Assembly: GCF_964355755.1 (NCBI RefSeq)
Contig: NC_092676.1
Location: forward strand, 17,688,871-17,752,870
Source: Antedon mediterranea
Lineage: Eukaryota > Animalia > Echinodermata
Direction of reading: 5' to 3'
Length of the DNA: 64,000 nt
A program made the position numbers and the translations under genes. The notes under the pieces were generated by a model. It had not been told where the DNA came from, searched no databases, and saw only the letters and a program-made list of their open reading frames with translations. Positions 11,201-23,200 of the stretch are shown one piece after another; position 1 is the first letter of the stretch, and each line of letters starts with the position of its first letter.

Positions 11201-14200
11201 ATACTGCTTTTAGAGTTGAATATTATGAAGGAATAAATGTGACTGACGCAAAATATGAATGTGGATTGTCAAGTGGAAAACTTGCTAGTCTCACAATAGT
11301 TGAAGAGGTTGAATTTGTATCTCAATATCTTGACAATAACTGTCCAAACATTCAACCTGGTGACTCTCAATACGTAATTGGGTTATCCCGTGAAGCTGGA
11401 TTAATACAATCAAATGACCAAAACTGGAAGTGGGATTCGGGAGAAGCTTTTGATTCCTCTGTGATGGAATGGGGTTTAAATCAACCTAATTCAGGCAATA
11501 ACTATGATGCTTATGTTCGTTTTTATCCAAGAAGTAGTATCATGTATGATAAAAAAATGGACTTTATGTTATCAGACAGAAGTGTAATTGGTTTCTTATG
11601 TGAATATGGTAAGAGCAGTATAAACTAGTTTGTGTCACCCTATCATGTACATAATCAGAGAAAGGGAAAAATTAATTAATTTCTTTTTATCAAACCGAAG
11701 GATATAATATGTAATGACAAAAATTATATTAAATATTATTAATCGTTACTTCTACAAGATGAATTTGCAATCTATAGTTGCTTATTGTTAATCATTAAAA
11801 AATTAACCAGAACATCCCAATTTTTTATTTTTTTTTGCATACCATAATTAGTGCAATTTTTGTGACAGTTAAGTTTTTGAAAATATATGGCATTAGTCAG
11901 AATATGATAGTGCTAATTTTAAATTGGTTTATAAAGAAGAAAATTCACTCTTGAAGTAGTGTAGTAGTTTTTGATTCATGATGAAGTTTACAACAATACC
12001 AATAAAATATGTTTCTTTACCAACAGTAATATAAATGGCAATAAATAGATACCTACACTATTGGTATTTATAGAAATGTTGTCTGTAAAAGCAATCTAAC
12101 ACAGGATGCTGAGCTTGGCCAGATCAAAGGGTATAGTTTTGAAATATAATCAATTTCTGCCCTCCTAAACACATGAATGATTTTCGTTTGACCAATTGAC
12201 TTTCTCAAATGATTAGTAGCAAAACAGTACCATCCATAATTCGTACACTTATTGATAGCCTTGCTTTAATCCAAAACTCTTCCCACTTTTAATATAAATT
12301 ATTCAATGTGTACACTTTTTTGGGGAAACATAACAATAAAGTGAGTAATCATCTGATTATATGCATTTTAATGTCAACATTGTCAAAATGAAGGTTAACG
12401 GTAAAATTAAATTGACAGGAAAATATGACAAATTAATTTAAAAAATTAGATGCCTATTAAACTTTATATTCCTTTGTATGAATTTGTTGAAGCCTAACCG
12501 CTGTCTGTTACAATAGCCTATCTTGGTCAGTGAGCTCAGTGTCCTGTTGTTAGTTTGCCTTGGTAAATTTAAATAGATCTATATAAATATTAAAACCCAA
12601 CATCAAATTTATATCCTATAGGACATTTTTTGAAGAGATACTAATAATTATTGTTGCCCATGTTGTGTATCTCACACTTAACCAATTAACTTAATAACAT
12701 ATGCTTAAATAATACTTTTCCTATTTTATTACAGAAAATACTATACTTCAAGGTAAATAGGAATATTTTTGTTTTATTTTTATAAATATTGCTTTACTTT
12801 ACTCATCAAATTTATGAATATATTGGCTATAATTTGTTTACCTCATATGACATTTTTACTTTCTTGTTAATGTTAATTGTATTATTTTCATGTGTGGACC
12901 AATAAACCTCAATTATATGTGTAGTAACTGAGTCAGGTACTGCAGAAGAAAGGAAATGATGTCACAAGTTTGTTTCAAATACATTTTTCTAAAACACATC
13001 TTCCTTTAAAATACAGAGTGACGTTGCCTGTTGAAAGCACAGGTGATTAGGTGAATGTGAGGGCATTTTGAAAAATGTCTTCAATTGCATGTACATTTTA
13101 TTTCATTGCAGAGGTAGAAATAACAGATTTTGATGCTCACCAGAGTTCTACAGATTCTCGATTCAACTCTGTTGCCAGCAATGCAATTGATGGTAATTTA
13201 TCTGGGAATCTCTTTGAACATTCTTGTACACACACCGGTAAGTGAAACAAAGCATACATCATTTCGATCTTGATTGGACTTTCTTTTTTTGTGATATATG
13301 GTACTAAATGCAGATTCTCAATACTACTATGTTGCCAGCAAAGCAATTGATGGTAATTTATCTGGGGATCTCTTTGACCATTCTTGTACACACACCGGTA
13401 AGTGAAACAAAGCATACATCATTTCGATGTGGATTGGACCTTCTTTTTTTGTGATTATGGTACTATAAATGCAGATTCTCAATACTACTATGTTGCCAGC
13501 AAAGCAATTGATGGTAATTTATCTGGGGACCTCTTTGACCATTCTTGTACACACACCGGTAAGTGAAACAAAGCATACATTATTTTGATCTTGATTGGAC
13601 TCATCTCGTCTTGACATGGTAATGTAGGCTGTATACAGTTCTAGATCAAATACATGTATGAAGAGTGTGTTGTTATTCCAAAACTATAACCAGGATAATT
13701 TCGTTTTGCTTTACTTCTGTTGTCATTTTTAGTTTATAAATACAAATAAATCTGAAATATCCAATTGAATGTCACTAGCTTAAACAATAATCATGTTTAG
13801 TCATGTTTTTCAATACCAATTACTTCCTTTCGCTTGACTAAAATCCTATATAAGTGTTTAGAGGTACAGTATATCCCAATTGAGAATTCACATTTTACAA
13901 AGTGTCCTCAATGTACAACTACAACAGAGTATAGCAAAACGTTTATTTTGCTCCCTGTTGTTAGACATGAAAGTAATATATTTCTATCAAGGTATTATAG
14001 ATTGGCTATGGTGCTATAGCAATTCAAAAAGTGATTCTTCATAGAGAGGGAACTGACAAGATGGTGGTTACAATCGACCTTTCAATACTCCCATACGCAG
14101 TCACGTACTACTATGCCTGTGTTGAGTGTATCAGCATGAGAAATATTCTTTACATTCTCACATACGATATGCAACGCAGCGCATTCTATATGATCCTTGT

Positions 14201-17200
14201 ATGCTATTACCAAGAAATTATTCAATTCATTGCAATTAACAATATATTTAATTTTATAAAAAAAAAAAACTGTGCTTTTAAAAAGAATGTGTGTTTTATG
14301 TGGTCTCTAATTTATTACTTTAGATTATTGTTTTATATACTAAATAATACTTTTGAACAGATTTATGACTACCTTCTTTTGGAATAATTTTCTTTAGTCA
14401 GGCGTACGTTCTCAAGCCTTCTGCTTTATCTCTATGTATATTTCACATACACCTCATATTAACTGGATGTCACATGATAGGAAATGTACCTCCAGTATTT
14501 TATTGCAACCAGTCAAAATAATAATTAATTTACTAAATTTTGTTAAAAAATATTAAGTAAATATACTTCACATTCCCTTTTTATTGTTACTTTGATTCTT
14601 TAGAGGAAACGTCCAGTCCTTGGTGGTATGTGGATCTCAGACTACAAATACCAATTGCCAAGATTGTTATTTTCAACAGAGATGATTGTTGTGGTAAGGG
14701 TGGAAGAGTTTTATCTTTATAATACAGTGATTATGATTGTGGTTTATGATTAAACACATTTAGGAGTTATTTTTTACTAATTATTACTCTAATTAAAAGA
14801 GTGATAATAACTTATTATGTAACTTGAATATAAAATAATTATGTTTGGTATAATATGTTTAATAGATAGATAGTGCACAGTTTATAAATATTTAGAAAAT
14901 GTACAGTTATAAATATATTCTAGAAATATTTTACACATATTTTAAAGTTTAACATACTGTGAATACTATAGTTATTTCTTACAATAAGTAGATTTTTGCT
15001 TTATTTCTTACATAAAATACTAAATTTTAGACTTTTATTACAGTCTCAATTTATTGATTTTTTAAGAGTCAAAAAGTGTACAATATAATGGAGTGTAGAT
15101 ACAAACCATTGTTTATGATTTTGTTTTAGAGAATAGATTGGTTGATGCTGAAGTTCGTGTTGGAAATAGCAACGTGTTGCCTTTTACTGAAAATACACAG
15201 TGTGGTTCTACAATTACATCAGCTATGACAGAATTAAATCCAATTGAATTGATTTGTGACCAAGCAATAACTGGACAATATGTAAGTGTGTACCTACCTG
15301 GATCTGAAGTACTGACTATTTGTGAGATAATATTATACACAGGTAAGTTATTTTTGTCTTAGTTTTACACAAGATACTAGGGCATCTTCAATGAATAGGT
15401 ACATTGATAGCAGATACAACAATTCCAAATGATACTGTATCTTATGCATGACCCCAGTGTTTATAAGAATAGAGAATAAAACGGTTTAGCATTATTGTAA
15501 TAGACATATTTTTAGTAAACCTTTTTTTAATGTTAACTCCCTGTTTTTTAAAGGAACTCTTTTAATGCGAGGTTTTTTTGTTTTCATCTTTTTTATTTGT
15601 TTATGGCTTATTTTGTTTATAAATAAAGTTTATCAATATTTATTAATCATATATTATTCTTTTATTATTCTCGTCGTTTTACTCATATCTGAGTACTTGT
15701 GACCATTCTGATGAGGTGTCTCCATTCTTGCCGATCTTAAGCTTCATTGTAGCAACTGATTATTGGTCGGTTTGTAGCACCACTTATACCATCAATCCAT
15801 CTGAGTCTCTGTCTTCCTCTTTTTCGTTTCCCTTCAACTTTCCCATATAATCATTTTCTCCATACTATCTCCATCCCGTCTGGCAATATGTCCAAAGTAT
15901 TGTAGTTTTTGTTTGATAATAGATTCGATTAATGTGCCTTTCTTGCCTATTTCGTGCCTTACACTTTCATTAGTTCTTCTGGCAGTCCATGGAATACCTA
16001 GAAGCTTTCTCCAGCACCACATCTCAAAAGCTTCAATTCGTTTTTGATCTGCAGCATTAATTACCCATGTTTCACATGCGTACGTTGCAATTGGAAAAAC
16101 TAGAGCTCCAATTAATCTAATTTTTGTTGCCTTGCTGATGCTTCTGTCTTTCCATATCTTGTGCATTAAACACATTGATGATTTTGCCATTGCCAGACGA
16201 CGTTTGATCTCAATGGAACATCCACCATGGTTTGAAATCATCGAACCAAGGAAATTAAAGTGGTTGACAACTTCAATTACTTGGTTTCCTGCATGAATGA
16301 TAGGGTTCTCCTTTTGTGGGTTAATGATCATCACCTTTGTCTTGCTTACATTTAGAAAATAGCCAAACTTTTCACTCTCCCTTCTTACTTTTTCAACCAG
16401 ACCTTCCATTTCCTGTGCATTATCTGTTAATAAAGTAGTATCATCAGCATACCTTATATTATTTATAGTTCTGCCACCAATAGATATTCTACTATTGAAG
16501 TTTTCTAGAGCCAATCTCATAATATATTCTGCATAGACATTAAACAAGTGTGGAGACAGTATGCAACCTTGTCTCACCCCTTGTTTTATTTTAAACCAAG
16601 TACTGTCGCCGCATGCAATTCTCACAGCAGCTTCCTGGTTATCATATAATGTCCTGAGGAGTTCTACTACATGCCTTGGAAAGCCCATTGCTATTAAAAT
16701 ATTCCAGAGTCTTTGATGCTGGACCATATCAAAAGCTTTTGAATAGTCAATAAAGCACATATATAGCGGACGGTTAAATTCAATAGCTCTTTCCATTATA
16801 TTTCTAATATTTGATATTTGGTCTCTTGTACCTCTTTCTTCCACAAAACCTGCTTGTTCTTGAGGAATTTCACGACGAATGTATTGTTTAGTCCTCTCAA
16901 CAATTATGTACAGCATAATCTTACTCGCGTGTGATATCAGAGAGATAGTTCTATTGTTTTTGCATTCTCTTGTATCTCCTTTCTTGGGGAGCGGTATAAA
17001 TATTGATCTAGCCCAATCAGTTGGCCAGCTCTTATCGGTCCATATCAAGTTACATAGATTATGCATTAAAGTGATAGTTACCTTCATCCCCTGTCTCATC
17101 ATATATTAGTAAAGGTTTATTTATATTAATAATTTGAATGTTTATCAATTTTGTTAATATAGTAGTGTCAGTACCGGAAACAATAGCGCAGGGGCTATTT

Positions 17201-20200
17201 TGTGAACCAGTTCTATTATTATTGCCTGTACTATGGAGGTTTAGCCAGCTCATTTAAATCACTCATATATCTTTATTTTTGGCCCGTACCATGGAGGTTT
17301 AGCTAGCTCATTTAAATCACTCATATATCTTTATTGTTTGCCCATACCAAGGAGGTTTAGCCAGCTCATTTAAATCACTCATATATCTTTATTGTTGGCC
17401 CATACCATGGAGGTTTAGCCAGCTCATTTAAATCACTCATATATCTTTATTGTTGCCCGTACCATGGAGGTTTAGCCAGCTCATTTAAATCACTCATATA
17501 TCTTTATTGTTGGCCCGTACCAATGAGGTTTAGCCAGCTCATTTAAATCACTCATATATCTTTATTGTTGGCCCATACTATGGAGGTTTAGCCAGCTCAT
17601 TAAGTTTAACCTGTACACAGGCATTTAAATCATCGTATGTCCCTTTGTTGTCTCACACTTTACCACAATGCTTTTTCCTTTTTTCAGTTGTAGTTTAAAA
17701 TTTTTTACTGAGGAGGCCGCTTCATAATAGCCACTTGCCTTAATGGCTATCTGGCCTTTTATTGTAATAAATAAAATGACATATATGCAACTTTAAACAT
17801 TATTTACTATTTTCTAGCAGAAAGCACTGCTTCAGAACCAACAACACCAATACCTACAACCATGGCACAATCCACTGATTTTCCAATTGGTAAGTTTATT
17901 TAAAAGTTTATTTTAAATTTCCAGATAGTTTTAAATTTTCCAGTTTCAAGTTCAATTTTAATACTTCCTGATAAATTAAGTTTCTGTATAAGATACAAAA
18001 TGTAGAAGAGCGGAAATATTTAATTATGCAAAAACTGAAATATAGCCTATTGTCACCCACAAACATGAAAACGGAAGAACAATTTTTTTTAAAGGCTTTG
18101 AGTTTAGGCCATTTTGCAGTTTTAATAAAGTTAATAACTTCTGTATGGAAAAAAATAATGTTCCCACTTATAAAAAGACAAAATAAATTGTTAAATATAA
18201 TTCTGCTATATAATTTGAATCCATTTCTGTTTGTTCATGTATTAATTTGGCATGATTCATGTTTTACAACAACAATAACAACAACTGACAAATCCATTAA
18301 TTTCATTTCAGTATGTACTTTTTACTATCAGTCATCACAGTATACTGCTTTTAGAGTTGAATATTATGAAGGAATAAATGTGACTGAAGCAAAACATGAA
18401 TGTGGATTGTCAAATGGAAAACTTGCTAGTCTCACAACAGTTGAAGAAGTTGAATTTGTATCTCAATATCTTGACAATAACTGTCCAAACAATCAACCTA
18501 GAGGCGATCGATACGTAATTGGGTTATTCCGTGAAGCTGGATTAGAAAGATCCAATGACCAAAACTGGAAGTGGGAATCAGGAGAAGCTTTTGATTCCTC
18601 TGTGATGGAATGGGGTAAAAATCAGCCTAGTTCAGCCACTAACATTGATGCTTATGTTCGTTTTAATCCAAGAATCAGTATCATGTTTGATAAAGAAATG
18701 TACAAAATGTTATCGGACGGAAATATAATTGGTTTCCTGTGTGAATATGGTAAGAGCAGTATAAACTAGTTTGTGTCACCCTATCATGTACATAATCAGA
18801 GAAAGGCAAATATGAATTAATTTATTTTTATCAAACCAAAGGATATAATAATGTAATGACAAAAATTATATTAAATAATATTATTTGTTACTTCTACAAG
18901 ATGAATTTGCAATCTATAGTTGCTTATTGGTAATCATTAAAAAATTAACCAGTGTTTATGAGAATACAGAATAAAACGGTTCAGCATTATTGTAATAGAT
19001 AAATTTTTAGTAAAGCTTTGTTTAATGTTAACTCCCTGTTTTTTAAAGGAACTCTTTTTATGCGAAGTTTTTTTGTTTTCTTCTTTTTTATTTGTTTATG
19101 GCTTATTTTGTTTATAAATAAGGTTTATCAATATTTATTAATCATATATTAGTAAAGGTTTATTTAATTTAGTACTTTGAATGTTTATCAATTTTTTTTA
19201 CAGTAGTGTCAGTACCGACAACAATAGCACCGACAACTCCACTTGATGGTAAGCTAAATTTGTGGATGTCAACAATGTATCTGTGTGTTAGACTAAAGCT
19301 AATAGTTTTTTTTCTACCACATTGTTTTTAAATATTTTATTTTATGTATTTAGGCACATGAGGCCAAGGATTGCCAATAGTTAATTAATCACTGTCCTAT
19401 CAGATAGGTGATTACCACCCTCCCCCCCCCCCCCCCTCGACACAGGGGCTATTTTGTGAACCAGTTATCATCTCAAAATATGAACTGGGTTCTTTAAAGT
19501 GCACATGGAAAAACTGTGTATACTGGACCACGGTTAATAGTCTGTTCCAAAAAGACTTGTTCCACCACCACCAGGAGCGAGTTGGCCTCGAACCCATGCG
19601 GATATTATTGGCTCTTTAGGTACGGTAAAGGGTTCACCTAATCAAATATAAAAAAATAACATTCTTTCTAAATTCTATTTTTTGTTTTATTTTAGTGTTG
19701 ACAACTGTACTACCGACAACAGGTAATTAAATGATAGTCTAATTGATCATAAAAAGGTCCAATCCAATGATTGATATATCTAACTGTGCTATTAAAAGCC
19801 TAATGCTGATGTAAAAATCTGAATAAAACCAAGTTCAGGCAATATCCATGGCCTTTGGTTACTGTGGTTAAATTTGCCAAGGCTAATGGCACATCTTAAT
19901 AGCATCTAATAGCACCGAGATACCACAAAGTGTTATATAGATGTAAAATCTTTGGAAAAAATGCAAACAATAATCAAAAGTATGCATAGCTTTTGATAAC
20001 CATGCTTAACACTTTGACTGCCAAACACGAAGATCTTCGTTTTTGGAAACACAACGCTTGACTGCCAAACACGAAGATCTTCGTTTTTCGCGTTTTTTTA
20101 CGAAATCCGGTAGATGGGTTAATTATTGGTATATACTATAAATATGGACACTATATTCGGTCTGGACCGTGAATATTTACTTTTTGAAAGTAACTAATCT

Positions 20201-23200
20201 GGTTACGAACGATTGTCAAAATGGTACCTGTCGAAATAACATACACCGCGCATCACAGTAGCGCGTACAGCGATGGTTTGGCGCATTGTGTATCGGTCGC
20301 GCGCTAGCTATGCCGCTGAAGCATTACAAAGTATGTGGATTGGAATGTTTGTTTGTTTATCTGAATAAAAAATAATGGATGAATTTTCAATATGAAGTCT
20401 TTAATTTTATTATTGTATGTATACCCTAATTGTTTTGGTGCTTCACTGTAAGTGGCCGAGTTTCACGCAACAAACTTGTTTAGACATGGTAAGAATATTA
20501 TTATCATCATTTTACTAGCTAGGCTAGTAGTACTAGGCTATAGCCTAGGCCTAGTCGTAAAACGGTTCTGGACCAACTTTAGGCCTAGTTAACTAGGCCT
20601 GGTGTCTTTACTATGTGGATTTTGGCAAAACATTGATGTAAGATTTATGATTTATAAAATAAAATACATTTTTCGATAGTGATAACTTGTTTTTATAGGC
20701 CTACCGGTGCCGTGTAAGTAATTGTTCGTTGTTTGTTGATCTCACCGGGCGATATTTTCATATTGTGATGTCTTGCACAAAATCGCGTATATCTCAACTT
20801 TCTTGCGCAAAACTACGAAAAACTCAAAAAGTGGGTTACTTTCATTTTACTATTACGATTTACATATTGCGATTTGAAAATCGTTCTTGGTACCATTGTA
20901 AAGCTAAAATCTTTTTGATTATTTTAGTCTAAATTACATGTAAATCAGATCACATACATAGTTTCAATCAGCTTTGATAAAAACATCGAATTGGGCTATA
21001 AACGCTGGCGGTGGCAGTTTCTAACTGGAAAAACCTCTGGCAGTCAAAGTGTTAAAATTACCAAGTCCAGTGCGAACAAGGTTGAATGAAGTACCAAAAA
21101 TAAGTACAATAGTGTTTGTAATTAAAAAATGATTATGTTACTCTGATCTTTATTGCAGATCATGTTGTTTTTGAAGGTAAGTTTCAGAATTGCAGAAGAA
21201 TGGAGATTGTATTACTACTGTCAGTGTTATTTTGGTAAAAATAAAAATGGCACCTAGGCCTATACAACATTGTTCTGGTGATGGAAAGAAATCTGTTGAT
21301 CCAGTGTACACAATGTGATCCTGTACACTTTAAAGCATCTATTGAGATGAGTAAGAAGTTACCCTGGTGTAGTTCACACACAGCCACTGTCATGGACAGA
21401 CAAAAGATCGCTTGAATTGGCAGCACCGATATGACGTGACCCTTATAGAGGAGGAACATGCAGTTGAAACGTAACGTCAGGTCCACAGTACCCTGAGCAA
21501 TGATCATTGGAATGATGCTTTACAAATAATCATTATCATTACAATGTTTATTGAACTTTGCATTGTGCATGGTCAAGGAATTTGCAGTCAATTTATGATG
21601 TCTTTAAAGCAACTTTTTTTTCACTACAGATATTTTTTATTCTATTCTTAACAATAATATTAATTTGTTAATTAAATGTTACATGTATCATTACTTATTT
21701 TTAGAAGTTACATTAAGTACAGATTCAGAAGCTCATCAAAGCTCAACAGATGAAATATTAGGGCGTGATGCTGATAGTGCAATTGATGGTAACACAGATG
21801 GTAATATGTTACGAAAAACGTGTACAAAAACACAAGGTATAATTATTTTTAATATAGTAACATTAGCAGTAACAAATTGATTTATTTTGATATTTCCAAT
21901 CATCATTTCATAATATTAAAAATAAATTATCCCATTTTTGTTTCACTTTGACAAAAACTTATTAAAATGATTTACCTTAAAAAATTGTAATTTCAAGCAT
22001 AAAATGAGTTAAATTGTTTGTCAGACAATGCATTTTTAAAGTATTTATTTTTAATTTATAAGTGAAATCATCATTTTTGTTCTTCTTTTTTCTATGAAAG
22101 AGAATAAAAAATGGCCTATATTTCATAAATGTAACACCTATAAACATTTTAACCTGTGGCATTGCTTGCATGTTATGTGGGTCATCTTAAGCCCTATCAA
22201 TTAAATTGCTGCCTTACCTACTCTCAGTTTTCAAATTATGCCTTTGCCTACATTTTGTAATTTATGTTTTCATTGAAAAGTCTTACAAGGCGCATTTGCC
22301 AAATTTCTAATTACTTAATTGTTTCTATTACATTTAGATACTGACTTGAATCCATGGTGGTATTTAGATATTGGATCACCTTCAGCTATATCGAAGATTG
22401 TAATATATAACAGAGAAGATTGTTGTGGTAAAATAATAAAATCACTTATAGTATAATATTTAAAGTTAAAATAATTGTTTCTATTAGAAGTCATGGAATT
22501 TGACCACCATAGCTAGGCATAAAGCGTATTCAATGTATGTTATGGCTATTTCAACTTATGACAATTTCAACTGAGGCAAAATGAACAACATAATATAGAA
22601 TATTATATAACAAATAAATAAATTCCTGTCATTTGATTGGACAATTGTGGGTCACATGGCATGCAATAGTACGCACTATTAAACGATCGTTTAATAGTAC
22701 TTTTTTAAACATTTTTGTGTACAAAAAAAAACGTTTCGCAGATGGAAAAAAATACAAATGTACAAATTATTTGTATAATATACAATGTCTATTGGTTGGT
22801 GAACTCGGAGCCTGTTCGGACGGAACAAATTTACAAGTGTAATGGTCGCATGTGGTGTAAATTTTGAGACAAACTTGCTGTTTCAAAAATCCACCTCATG
22901 AGGAGGATTTTTCAATTACACCTTAAACCGCAAGCTGATTAACCGCAAGATAAGGAGCAATTTGACCTTATTAAAAATGTTCTTTTTTCCAAACCGAAAA
23001 TTAGTAAGTAAACTAACCTTGACAGTTTCATACACGCGACTGAGTTGGTGGGCGCCCTCGTCTGTTGATGTTTGGTTTCCTCGTCGATGATTTTAGGTTG
23101 TGTCCAGTCTATGATGTGGTTTAACTGGACAGCATGATCTGCTATAGCTGATTTGCTCAGTTCCTTTTCTGATTCTTGATGCGATTTACGAGTAAAGTTC

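Larger units (their letters stand above)
17213..19466 (+). repeat. Tandem segmental duplicate (copy 2) of ~5600-17212
   Basis: 17604-18011 matches 7970-8352; 18279-18952 matches 11138-11810; 18949-19151 matches 15453-15656; 19141-19230 matches 17098-17190; 19443-19466 matches 17189-17212. Confidence 0.9.

Noticed and set aside
18026-18311. Hydrophobic N-terminal extension of ORF 18026-18769 as a signal peptide or separate gene
   Set aside because: A good acceptor at 18311 matches the paralog at 11170; the upstream part is AT-rich intron not conserved in copy 1
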